A stretch of 64,000 nt of DNA from Octopus sinensis (Eukaryota). The notes below the pieces were generated by a model that saw only the letters and a program-made list of their open reading frames with translations, searched no databases and was not told the DNA's origin. This document shows, in pieces, positions 1 through 11,823 of the stretch. The stretch is taken from the NCBI RefSeq assembly GCF_006345805.1, contig NC_043012.1, forward strand, positions 43,524,001 to 43,588,000, in the 5' to 3' direction. Position numbers and translations under genes: made by a program. Position 1 is the stretch's first letter. The number at the start of each line of letters is the position of its first letter.

Positions 1-595
1 ACTACTACTACTACTAAAAATCTTTCATTGCTGTGGCTGCGGATTCGAAGAGAAATGAGATAGTGAATGAACAGAGAAACTAAGGAACTTTTATAAGTAT
101 GAATGTTACCTGCAAGATGTCACCTAGGTTTGCCTCTTTTATTACCACGAACATAACCATCTAATGGAATTTATATATTCTGTTGTATCCGAAGTTATGT
201 TCCAAAAACGAAATTTATCTATTTTTAAAAATAATTTTCAATGGTTTGCTGATTTAAATGCTGATTACTGTAGTTATTTGTAATTATTTGTGAATGATAA
301 GCGTTAGTAATTAAAATGAATTCAACTTTCCCGAAAATACTTCGCGCATTTAAATTTACTGTAAAGTGACTATAACGGAAAATACATCGAAGATTTTCTC
401 AGTTCCAATTATATGCTGACGCTTACTTTGACAATAATCTAAAATATCTTTTAAAAAACCTGGAGATTAGCAAACCTGTCTATTTTGAAGAGAATGCAAA
501 TATAGAGAATACGTAAACTAATTGCACAGACAAGTTGACGTTTTGGCTTAACCTTTTATAGCCTATTTACACTATGTCGGATTTCAGTCAATCTA

Positions 596-1891
596 TCCGG
601 TCATCCCATAAGTTCTGTTCGATTTTACCTTTTTTAAAATTGAATGAAATTTAATAGTATTTTAGAATGTCTAATGGAATTTAAAATTATTTTTATGCAT
701 TTGTGTACATTTAAACTAATTGAATATTATTTTACAGGATAGAATTAAAATTTCTTTGATTAAAACCCTTTCTAACATGGAAGTATTCAAAGAGCATTTA
801 AGGCACATAATGCTTTATGAGTAAAAAAAAAGGAAACTCTGCAGCCGAAGCAACTCGAAACATACACTCAGTTTATGGGAAAGAAAGCTTGAATGAAAGA
901 ACTTGCAGAAGATGGTTTGCAAAATTCAGAAGTGGAGATTTCAGCCTTGAAGATGAAGATCGAACAGGGCCTCCAGTTGAGTTTGATGATAAGCTCCTTG
1001 AGGCATTACTTGAAGAAAATCCTGCATTATCAGTGGAAGTATTGGCAATAAAGCTTAGTTAAAACCATACAACTGTTCATCGTCATCTTCAACAACTTGG
1101 AAAGGTTCCTAATCTTGAAAAATGGGTGTCTCATGAATTGTCTGAAAGCAACCACAAATTCCGAGTTGACATCTGCTTTTCTCCCCATTCTCGTGAACTC
1201 ATTTCACGCTTTTTGGGTGAAATGATTTCACGAGACTTGTAACTGGTGACGAAAAACAGATCTATCGAAATGTTAAACGTCGTAAACAGTGGCTTGGTAA
1301 AAGGGAAAAAGCTCAACCACGATCGAGACGGGAACTTCATGGGAAAAAGGTTCTTCTCTCTATCTGGTGGGATTGCAAAGGAGCAATTCACTTTGAATTG
1401 TTACCACCTAATGCAGCAATCAATGCTCAAGTCTACTGTCTGCAATTAGAGCATTTGAACCAAGCTTTGAAGAAAAGAAACCCTGCTTTAGTGAATCGAA
1501 AAGGAGTGATGTTTCATCAGGACAATGCGCGACCCACACTACAAAGATCACATCACAGATGATCGAAGAACTTGATTGGGAAAACTTCCTCATCCACCTC
1601 ATTCTCCCGACCTTGCTCCTTCAGACTACCATTTGTTTCGTAGTTTTACAGAATCATTTGGGGGACATAACTTTCGCAAGCCAGGAGGAGGTCGAAACAG
1701 ACATTTCAGATTTCTTCGCTTTGAAACGAAAAGGGTTTTACATTGATGGGATTAAAAAGCTTGTAAATAGATGGAAGGAAGTCATAAATAATCAAGAAAA
1801 GTACATTGATGATTAACTTTCAATTAAATATAACATTCGATCACTTGTTTTCCTTATTCAAAATTCGGATAGAACTTATGGGATGACCTGA
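596..1891 (+). mobile_element. Full-length decayed mariner (DD34D) DNA transposon
   Basis: TIRs TCCGGTCATCCCATAAGTTCTGTTCG (from 596) and its near reverse complement ending 1891, TA on both sides (594-595, 1892-1893), length 1296 bp. Broken transposase 777-1816 with HTH (RTCRRWFAKFRSGDFSLEDEDRTG), WVSHEL, VTGDEK, FHQDNARPH and HSPDLAPSDY; stops and frameshifts present. Confidence 0.95.
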
Positions 1892-2672
1892 TATAATAGA
1901 AGCTTAATTATATGAATTCCCTAAATATAAAAAGTAGTCACTTGGATTAAAAAGAGCAACAAAGTCAAATGAGATCCATTGTCTTTATCTTTATCATACA
2001 ATTGTATCAAGTAATGCGTCTTACTAATCCTTTCAAGTTTTAGACGAGGGTTTATGAAACAACAAATTAGCCTTGTTGATTAGCAGTTTGAACCAAACGC
2101 TGTATACACACGATATACAAGTTCTACAGCATTCAGAAATATGTTTTCAAAGCTCTTCATATATATATCTTGAGTATCATTTTGTCATTGCATTTCACTT
2201 ATTTTCGCAATTAATTTCACACAAATGTAGATATATCCAAGTGGTATTAATGACTTGAACATCACTAGGTTGTGCAATGGCGTGTGACACAGGTCGAACC
2301 TTCGTCGAGGGAGCGGTTTCTCTGTTCTAGTGAAGGAAAAGGATATTGCCACACCAGGGTAATTTGTCATTACAACTACTCTGTATGCTCAGTCATCCAC
2401 TGTAACACTGAATGACACGAACCATAGGATGCGACTTGATACTTTCTGTTAGATGCTTGCAAAGCAGATGCCATCTTATAAACATTTGTTTTATGCATGC
2501 CCATTGAGCAGTTGCGTCTTTCACTTCCTTTATGTCACATCTTCCTGTCACTTTCATCACTTTTAACAGTGTTAACTTTTATGCACTGTTGAAATCATTT
2601 AGTTTTACTGACCTGATACTGATGTGGTTATGATGACTAACTTTCAGAAGTTGGCATCATTGTTGATAATTA

Positions 2673-4810
2673 CACTGTACAGCAAATTTCAGGTTCAAAA
2701 AAGCACAAGTTAAGTAAGACTTGTTTCTGGGTCCAAAATTTGTCCTGATTCTGATTTTGACCGTTATTTCTCCAGATTAGGCACTGTTTTCCCGTACCAT
2801 GAACCATATGTTTTATAATATACTGCATAATATTGCCTATTGAACACAACATTGCAAATACTGAAAGTTACAGAAAACAAAACAAAAAATTTAGTTGTAT
2901 CAAAACATATATTGGTTTTGAATTAAAAACACACCTCACAGTTTAAACAACTTTTGCCCTTCTAAGCCTCTTGTGCGGAGTGTGATCTTCTGTTTTTCAT
3001 ACCCCAGCAGTAGTCTGCCAGCATGCCAGGGTTCCATTCTCCTTTGAATCGTCGCTCCATCACTGAAATATCCTAATGGAATCTTTCACCATGTTTATCA
3101 CTCATATCACTAAGGTTTTCTAAAAAAATCAACATGAGAGTGAAGTACATGAACCTTTAGAGACATGTTACATCCCATGTCATAATAATGACTCAGCAGA
3201 TAATTCACAACTTGCACATAGTCTTCTGAACGATGGTTGCCCAGGAAGTTATAGCAAACTTTCTTGAAGGACTCAAAGGCAAGCTTCTCTTGTCTATTGA
3301 GATGTGTGATGAAGGTTTCATCAAGTACAATTTTTCGAATTTGGGGACCTATGAAGAAACCTTCTTTAATTTTTGCTTGACTCAGAGAAGGGAACTTTTC
3401 TGCAAGATATGCAAATGCGGAGGATTCCTCGTCCAAGGCTTTCCCAAATTGCTTAAACAAACCAAGCTTAATATGCAAAGGTGGTAAAAACAATTCTATC
3501 ACATTTCACTAGTGGTTTGTGCAAGATGTGTTTTCCTTGCTCAATTTCATCTCGGATCGGCCAATCTTTGCATACATAATGTTCAGCTCTTGCCCTGAAA
3601 TTCCATAAGCACAGGAAGCAGCAAAATTTAGTATACCCAGCTGAAGGCCAGTAAGCATGACCACAATCTTAAAATCTGCACAAATATGCCAGGTATGGTC
3701 ATCATATTGTATGCTTGTTAGAATTGCTTTCAGATGTTCATATGATTCTTTCATGGTCGTGCTATAATCTATGGGAACAGAAGGCAGAGTGTTACCATTG
3801 TGTAGCAGAACAGCTTTGATGCTGTCCTTTGATGCAGCTATGAAAAGTCGCCAGTTGGTTTTATCAAATGGTATTTCCAGTTGCTCAAAAAGTTCAGTGA
3901 TGTCATTGCAAAAACATAAGTAATCCTTCATGGTCAATAATGCAAGCAGATCCTCTGTACGTTTTCTGTACAGTGTTATCTTCATTCCTTTCTCAAGAAG
4001 ATTACGTTCTTGAAGCCTTGATACCAGAAACTCACTTTTTTCTTTGGTTAAATAGAGATCCCTGCACAAGATATTTAGAGCCTCTTGAGAAAATGATATT
4101 TGTTTATTCTCGCTTTGGACTCCACACATTCCCCACTGGAATGTTCACCAGCACTGCTGGAACACTATACATTTCTTGATCTGGAGATTTGGGCACATGT
4201 AAATTTTCTCAGTGCTCTACAGGGCGCATTGCTGATTGCAAATTTGGGTAAACAATGTGTTTCTTTTTTTTTTTGCTGTAGTACAGCCTGTAAAGTCATG
4301 GTGACAGAAATAGCAATCATTAGAGTGATCTTTCTGCTCACGCCAAACCATTGGCACACCAAAGTTCATGTGAACATTTTTTCCTGCATACCAGGCACTC
4401 AATGTCTTCACACATATAAGGCAACACACATGAGGAGCCCATGACTTATCCTGGTCTCCTAAGTAACAATCGAAGTACACCTTGTATATTTTCTTGATAT
4501 GGCGTATAATACTGCGCTTTTCTTTAGCAAAAGTCAATTCCCCACAGATATAACATAATCTGTTTGGATCATTTTGGCACTGTCTTGCAACAAATAAAGT
4601 TCTTGGCATGACACTTCGATATAAAACGACAACCTTTCACAAAATTCTAGAAACATCAGGATAGGCTTGCACTTCGTCTTCATTTACGTCTTTTTTAGCG
4701 AATTATTACGTACTTCCACCACTTGGATCATGTCTTATTATTTTTATCTATATAAAAAAGCATTATATTCTAGAAAATACAAGAAAACATCGGGATCTTA
4801 CCTTCCGTTG
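2673..4810 (-). mobile_element. Chapaev3-like (CMC superfamily) DNA transposon, decayed transposase
   Basis: Terminus CACTG at 2673 preceded by TTA (fits the TWA-type TSD). Minus-strand fragments: CYICG...GDQDKSWAPHVCCLIC...PMVWREQKDHSNDCYFC (Chapa-type zinc finger), WRLFI..SK.SIKAVLLHNGN, ICADFK, LPPLHIKLGL, CNMSLKVHVLHSH and HGERFH*D. The other terminus was not found. Confidence 0.85.
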
Positions 4811-5139
4811 AAAACAAGTAAGATCTGAAAGATAAAAAATAACATTAAACACAAGCTTTGAAGTATAAAGTATTTAGCGATAAACTTAATTAAATTATAA
4901 GCACACAATAATAAACCAGAAAATATGATTTTTAGGGAGCATCTCAAATTCCATTTTACATGTAAATTAAGGATATTTCAAATTCAAACAAATGACAATT
5001 CAGTGAGACAATGTAAGCCATATATACAAACAAACTTCTAAGATAACACTCGTAAAATATCTTTAGCTTTCTTGTTGCTTTTCCAATATTACGTTCTTAG
5101 AGTTACATAGTTTTTGTCTCTGACACTTCTTATGAGCTA

Positions 5140-5300
5140 GTCACCATGACTTTGCAGGTTGTACTACAGCAAAGAAAAAGAAACGCATTTTATACCCAAA
5201 TTTGCAATCAGCAATGCACCCATTAGAGCACTCAGAAAATTTACCTGTGCCCAAACCTCCAGATCAAGAAATGCAAGGTTCCAGCAGTGCTGATGAACAT
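5140..5300 (+). mobile_element. Short Chapaev3-like transposase fragment in opposite orientation
   Basis: Reverse-complement match to ~4140-4305; reads HDFAGCTTAKKKKRILYPNLQSAMHPLEHSENLPVPKPP on +. Confidence 0.8.
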
Positions 5301-5337
5301 AGCACAGGAGTGGGTGTGTGGTAAGTAGCTTGCTTAC

Positions 5338-6794
5338 GCGCATGCATCGATCTATTCGCTGTATTGATTTGTGACGTGATGGACGGAGATTTTTGAGCTG
5401 CTCGGCAGCGGTTTTTCGGTGAGTGTTGTACCAGTGGAAAGGAATGTATTCTGACCTTAGCGAGTATGAACTATCCTCAGCAAGGAGGAGCTCGTTAAGG
5501 CAGTAAACAGAATGGACGAGCATTTGGAAAGAGTAAAGAGTTTTTTTAAGGCTGCAGAGGTGTAGAAAAGGGAAGTGGACCTAACCGGATTGAAGGAGCT
5601 GTTTAAGATGACACAGAAGGTGGGCGGTGATGTGAAGTTATTACCCCCGAAAAGGGTTATGGTAAATACGGAAAAGAAGACAATTACCTACAAGGTGCAC
5701 TCAGTGGAGAATATGAAGGTGGAGCGGATGGAGATGGAAAAAGTAGAAAAAGATCTGAAGGGGCTTTCGAAGGAAGTGACATATATAGCGAAAGGAAATG
5801 GATATGGGACGGTGGTTGTCCGGTTTAGGACAGCGGAGGAGGCAAAGAGGATGGCGAGTACAACAGTAAAAACGGAAGAACTAGTACTTCTACCCACTTA
5901 CCAAGATTTCCAAGGTGAAGGTAGAAGCAATTCCGCCGAATATAGAAATGGCTTGGGTAGCGGCAGCTGTCCTTGTTGGAAGTGAGAAGAAGGTGGCTGT
6001 CCTTCAAGCAACAGAAACAGAAGGAGAGTAGAAAGGAAGGACACTTGAACTGATCAAGGACACTTGAACTGGAGAACTTGGCAGAGACGGTGACGGTGGG
6101 GAAATCGTGCAGAAGGTGTGGGTAGAGGGTAGAGTACCACGTTGTTTTAAATGTGGCCAAACGGGCTACAATAGAGCATACTGCCCGCTACAGATGACAA
6201 TGGCTGAGGATACAGTTGTGGAGACGGTAGAGAAAAGAGAGGAAGAAAAGATAGACGGAGGAAAGGAGGAAAAGGAGGAAGAATGGAAAGTTACAGAGAG
6301 CAAAAAAGAGGAAAAAGAAAATACACTGAGTATGATGTGGTACCCCAGTCCAACTCCATTCCACCCAAGACCACCCAGACCCGCCCTCCCCATACTGACA
6401 CCAAACCCACCCACCCAATTTCCCCACAAGAAAAAGAAAAAGGAAGAACATAGACTACAAAATTTAGAAGAGCCCCCTCCCGGTGAAAAAGGTTACGAAT
6501 GCATGGTGGAGAGAATGATGTCACTAAGTGATGGAGAAAGGGGAAAAAGGATTGGACTGAAAGAGAAAAAAGGACTTAGGAACCAGAGGTGGCAAGTGGT
6601 GTTACTCAGTGTGGGGTGAGCAGCACACTCTTCATAATATCATTTTCAGATATTTTAATTTGTTTTTCATGTTCATTTTCATGTATCATTCATTATATCA
6701 TATTTTATTTTTATATTTTTAATTGTTGTATGTCCCCACATGTGTTGTAGTGGCCCCCTCTGTGTGATACCACTATAGCAATTTAAAAGAAATC
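5338..6794 (+). mobile_element. ORF1-only Tx1/L1-like non-LTR element (insert 1) with 15-bp TSD
   Basis: Flanked by AAGTAGCTTGCTTAC at 5323-5337 and 6795-6809. Carries a gag-like ORF1, an AT-rich 3' UTR, a stem-loop and an A-rich end; no endonuclease or RT motifs seen. Confidence 0.8.
5512..6619 (+). pseudogene. Disrupted gag-like ORF1 (RRM-like segment plus degenerate CCHC zinc knuckle)
   Basis: ATG at 5512 is in frame with ORF 5575 across one stop. Motifs YIAKGNGYGTVVVRFRTAEEA, KVKVEAIPPNIEMAWV and VWVEGRVPRCFKCGQTGYNRAYC (C-X2-C-X4-[H>Y]-X4-C); several frameshifts. Confidence 0.8.
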
Positions 6795-6810
6795 AAGTAG
6801 CTTGCTTACC

Positions 6811-7256
6811 ACGCATGCGCTGTTGCTAGTATTGTTCTTGGCACTAACGAAGTCGCACGCTATTTTGTAGCTGCGAATTTTTGACAAAAAGAGCTCAACT
6901 GTAAGCTAAGGTTCTCCATATTGCAAAAACTGAAAAAAAAACTGAAAGAAGAGTTCGGTTTATGACCGGGTGACCCTAATACGTCATACGCCACATTTTT
7001 GCGTGAGGCATGGGGAATGGCGGGGTATGAGGGCATAAGCGATATTGAAGATGATGGACATTAGTGTTAAATGTAAAAGGTTTTGAAACCTCATCCTATG
7101 TTAAAGAAAATTGGTTTCGGGAAACAGCGGTCGGCGGGCGCCTTTCGTTTCCCCCATTCATTCGTATATTTTTCATTTCATCTCATTAATGTAAATGTCC
7201 AGCCCGCAGCTACAACTGTGTAATGCCCTTGTGGCAAATTATATGAATGCCAACCA
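6811..7256 (+). mobile_element. 446-bp non-coding or degenerate insert (insert 2) with 10-bp TSD, probable non-autonomous Tx1-like element
   Basis: Flanked by CTTGCTTACC at 6801-6810 and 7257-7266. Starts ACGCATGCGC and has a 3' stem-loop whose loop resembles that of insert 1. Confidence 0.7.
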
Positions 7257-7367
7257 CTTGCTTACCAACCACATGTTTCCGGGTTCAGTCCCACTTCTAC
7301 TATAGCCTCGAGCCGACCAAAGCCCTGTGCGTGGATTTGCTAGACAGAAACTGAAAGAAGCCCGTCG

Positions 7368-7421
<54 letters not shown>

Positions 7422-7879
7422 TGTGTCTGTGTATGTCCCCCCAACATCACTTGGCAACCGATGGCGGTGTGTTTACGTCCCCGTAACTTAGCGGTTCGGC
7501 AAAAGAGACCGATAGAATAAGTACTAGGCTTACAAAGAATAAGTCCTGGGGACGATTTGCTCGACTAAAGGCGGCGCTCCAGCATGGCCGCAGTCAAATG
7601 ACTGAAACAAGTAAAAGAGTAAAACCAATAACAAAATAAAACAAGAAATTTATACAAGCTGACGACATCTTACACTCGTCAAATTCACAAACAAAATCAG
7701 CTGTTAAGGCCATGGCTGGGTGGACGGCATCAGCTGATTTGTCTTGGGCTTTCTATTTCAATATTACATTCTTAGACTTTCATAACAAAACCAATGCCAA
7801 ATATGAAACCAGAACTAACTATATACTGACGATATGATACACTCACTGACGAACAAATAAAGCTCTCAGCTTGACATTT

Positions 7880-8076
7880 CCATATAAAACGACAATCTTT
7901 CACAAAATTCTCAGGATCGGCTTGCGCTTTATGTCTTCATTCATGTCTGTTTTAGCGAAATATTATGTACTTCCACCACTTGGATCACTTTATGCATACT
8001 TTTTTATCATTTTTATATATAATAATGCATTATATTCTAAAAAATACAAGAAAATATCGGGCCCCTACCTTCCGTC
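7880..8076 (-). mobile_element. Second, diverged copy of the Chapaev3-like region upstream of the ORF
   Basis: Same-strand match to ~4618-4807 (ATATAAAACGACAA.CTTTCACAAAATTCT...TACTTCCACCACTTGGATCA...GCATTATATTCTA.AAAATACAAGAAAA...TACCTTCCGT). Confidence 0.75.
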
Positions 8077-8103
8077 CGTGACGATCACACTTGTTTTTGT
8101 TTA

Positions 8104-8488
8104 TCTCTCTATATATAAACGGCAGTTTGTCTGTGCGTGTTTCTGTGTGTCTGTTTGCTTGTACCCTCACCCTGACCACGGCTTTTAACCGATTCTGATG
8201 AAACTTGACACACACATAGCCCAATGTCATAATTCAAAACTAACGCAGCGAAAATTTTGAAAAGTTCCCCCAGTTCTGAAAAAAATCGATAAATTCGACA
8301 TGGGGTCGAGAATCAGGAACACAAACTACAAACTGTGTAGGGGACGCAACTCCACCTTTTTTAACTATCAAAAAAAAATTTACCATCATTTTTTTCCATT
8401 ATTTTGCTGTTTTTTGGCTATAACTCTCTAAAAATGCTTTATAGTTATTTCCCTTACAAACCTGAGCAACGCCGGGCGATACTGCTAG
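8104..8488 (+). mobile_element. Non-autonomous Helitron (385 bp)
   Basis: A|TC 5' end (TCTCTCTATATATAAA), subterminal GC-rich hairpin CCTGAGCAACGCCGGG (8461-8476), CTAG|T 3' end, no TSD. Confidence 0.85.
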
Positions 8489-11400
8489 TTAAATATAATC
8501 TCGAATTTGTAGAAAACGTTTATTGATCTTCATAGAAAATGTAAAAATTTAAGTTTCTTAACCGTAACTGTGCTATTTATCATATCACATTGTAGGTGTT
8601 ACTAAGATTGGTCTCTACAATTCAGTAGAGAATTTTATTTAATAATAATAACAAAAAGGGTATACAGTGACAATTCTGTAGAAACCATGCCTAATTCAAC
8701 AAAAAGAAGGCCAGAAATGGATTTTCCATGTCATTTTGCATATAAAAATGGCCACAGATCTATTGTACTTTTCTGAGTGTTGCTGAGTGTTACTTGTGAA
8801 ATGTATTCATTTAGATAGATTGTTGTATATTCGTGAAGTAGAATGAGTCCGTTTCTGTAATAAAATACTGATTGGGATATTTGCTTTGTCACTGTTTATA
8901 CGTTGTAGGTGTCGACTGCAGCAGACTGTCAATGGATTGTTGGTAAAGATCTGACATCTGTACTGATCGTCAAATTCTTCTTTGCAATCTATTGGGGGAA
9001 CACAATATTTGGACTTTGAAAGGATACTGCAAACATCTACACTTCACGAGCATATCATCCAGATGAGTTCCTTAGGATAATTTACCTTCTGATACGCTGC
9101 AGTAATTGAGCCATACATCCTGCCTTTTCCGCCAGTTTTGTCCGTGCGACGAAATCAGTATTGTCAACTGTAATCAGAAGAATATCTATATCATAAGTGT
9201 ATTTCTTGATCCTAGAAACATGGAAATGGCATTTGAATGAAATAGGAATTTTATAGATTGGACGGTATAAGCAGATTGTTTTTAGTCACTCACTCGCCAA
9301 TACTTGGAAAGATACAAAATCCTGAAAGCGAAAAGAGTATTCGGAATATAAGGATAATGGTATCATCGGAGATTTTTTTATTGAGAAAACATAGAATAAA
9401 CCCATTTAATTTTGTTTCAACAAAAAAATATCTACGAACTCTTATATCTGTTGTGTCTCTGAATCTTATCTTGTACAAAGCTCTTTTCTTAAAATAGTAG
9501 CTCACTATAATTTTTTCATCGTCTCAACGTTTTTGTCGTTTTGTAAAAGATTAGCCTAGATTGAACATACGTGTAATCCAGGTGTTTCATCATATAAACT
9601 ACGATTTTCTTTTATATAAGTGTGATATAAGGAAAGTATTACCTAGTGTGTACTATCTATTTAAAAAGCAACTGGATGTGATTTAAGTAGATTTGACTAA
9701 TATTCCAAGTGGAATAGTTGCGAAGGCATAGAGAATCCTGCGTTGGGTGGCCATCTACATCTTTGTTATAATCACAAAGCATCACAAACTTAAAATAAAC
9801 ATTCTATTAAATTTACTAGTATTGAATAGCTTGTTCAATGCCACTACCTCTAAAACTATAATATTAAAAATACAAAAATATTAATGGGATTAATTAGTAA
9901 AGCGTACTATTTTATTGTAAATTATTAAAAATCTAATAGAACAAAATGGAAATTTGTACGTATTCTTCTAAGAGATGAATAAAAATTATGATATTCTATA
10001 ATGAATACGATCCTTTGTATACGATCTTTTGTATAGCTAGCTGATTCAATAATTTTTTTCTTATTTTGATTTATACACTAATGATAAAAAAAAAGAAAGA
10101 TTTTGCAAAAGCGTATTTAACAGTAGGCAGGCTAGTATAATCAGTAGATGTCGGTTAAAATAATTTGCTGTATTTAGTTAAGTCCGTTTACATTCTGAAT
10201 TAATATTCCTGCAGAATATCTTTGGTTTTTTAAAAAAATCCTCTTTTCGCCTGGAATTATGTATTATCCTGCTGCTTGCTTTTGTTTATATAATAATTCC
10301 TATGAACTTTCCTTTGGCTTCCAAATTGTGTTCGTTTTTATTGAGAGTATGTACTTCTTTTTTTTTCTATTGCAGGATGTAACTTATTGTAACATTTCAC
10401 TAAGCAAAGGTTGGCTTTTCATATATGTTTATAATTTCTGTTTTTAGGAGGAGTACGGTTTGGTTTGGTTGACGGTCTAACAATATTGGCAGCTAGTTTA
10501 AATAAGTCAGATCATTCAATTTTAAGATATTTGGGCTGTTTGTTGTTGACAATTTTTTTTGCATGTCGCTTTTATTATTTCCTAGAACAGCTTATCCGTA
10601 TGTAGCATGGACAAATTTTTACGATATACTTGTTCATGGATTTCGTAATGGTCTCTTCTTGTTGATTTATTCTCTTTTTTATATCCTCCTCTGGTTCCCA
10701 TTTGAGGATATATTCTTGCGTTTGAATATTTGTGTTACTGTTTGCTGCAAAATTTTCTTTCTTGCCCAGTGGATTCCGTGTTATTTTCACTTTTTTAGGG
10801 TTCATATATTGTCCCGTTCATTGTCTCCATTGTATTAGTTACGGTAAACTGAATTATATATTCTGTATACGATGGGTTTTGTTGTAATGCATTCATTAGT
10901 TTGTTGTAGGGGGGGGGGTTAATTTTTTATGAGTTGTCGGGTGTTCTGTCTTTAGTATATATTTTATCTAAGTCCGTGTCTTTCACGTTCTTTGACTTCA
11001 TTGTATATTAGAAATCTCCGTGCACAAATATTTTTCTCCATAGCTCTTATGTCTGTTACAGTACTCATGAATATTGAATAATATGTTCATCGTTCTAATA
11101 ATTATAAATTTCTTTTCATTTTCACGGCTAGCAGAAAGTCAGCGGGCTTTCTGTTCGGTGTTAATCTTTTAACTGAACAGCGCTTCTAAGCCACATACTA
11201 TATTATAATTTTTTGTATTATTATTGTTATTATTTCAGGCGATGAAATTCGTGGTATATTCTGATCCGGATGAGGGTAATTTATCCAAACATATTGCCAA
11301 TTTGTTTTTAAATTGAAAGGTTTATTTACATTTAACTTTTTTTTTGTTTGTATAAAAAGGATCGTTTTGTTTAGTCTTGTTTGCCCCGTGTGTTTATCCG

Positions 11401-11823
11401 CTCCCTATTTTGTGTGTGTATATGTGTGCGTGCTATGCAAACATTTTATTCCGTGTGTAATAAGCATGTGTAATACATTTAGTATAATTAGTGTCATTTG
11501 TTCTAATGGGAGCGTTTAGTTTGTTTTGTTTGTATTTAAAAGTTCATTCAGCTGTTTTCTTTGTCCTACATGCTGACCTCATTTATGCACATGTTATTTG
11601 TTATTTCGCCAATACGCATCTTCTGTAATAACCACACATTTCACTTGTAGATACAGCGGTTCTTATAACAGTCTTCAGTTTTTGTTAATTTTGGCTTTAG
11701 CTTTGGTTTTGTTAATGATATCTGATATGTTTTCGATAGAAATATATGTTTACGCGTCTAAGTTATTCAACTAAGCCCAGTTTATTATTATTGTTCTTGT
11801 TGTTGTTCTTCTTATTATTATTT

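Larger units (their letters stand above)
5301..7624 (+). mobile_element. tRNA-head SINE family A, split by two insertions (head 5301-5337, remainder 7257-7624)
   Basis: Head CAGGAGTGGGTGTGTGGTAAGTAGCTTGCTTAC and remainder CTTGCTTACCAACCACATG..GGGTTCAGTCCC..(TA)n(TG)n..GACTGAAACAAGTAAAAGAG join into the same sequence as the unsplit copies at 23703 and 40627. A-box-like TGGCTGTGTGG (intact copies) and B-box-like GGTTCAGTCCC. Confidence 0.92.

Noticed and set aside
10450-11300. Possible LINE endonuclease remnant on the minus strand (IFVHGDF resembling GDFN)
   Set aside because: One short motif in AT-rich, stop-riddled sequence; no second motif that I could place with confidence.
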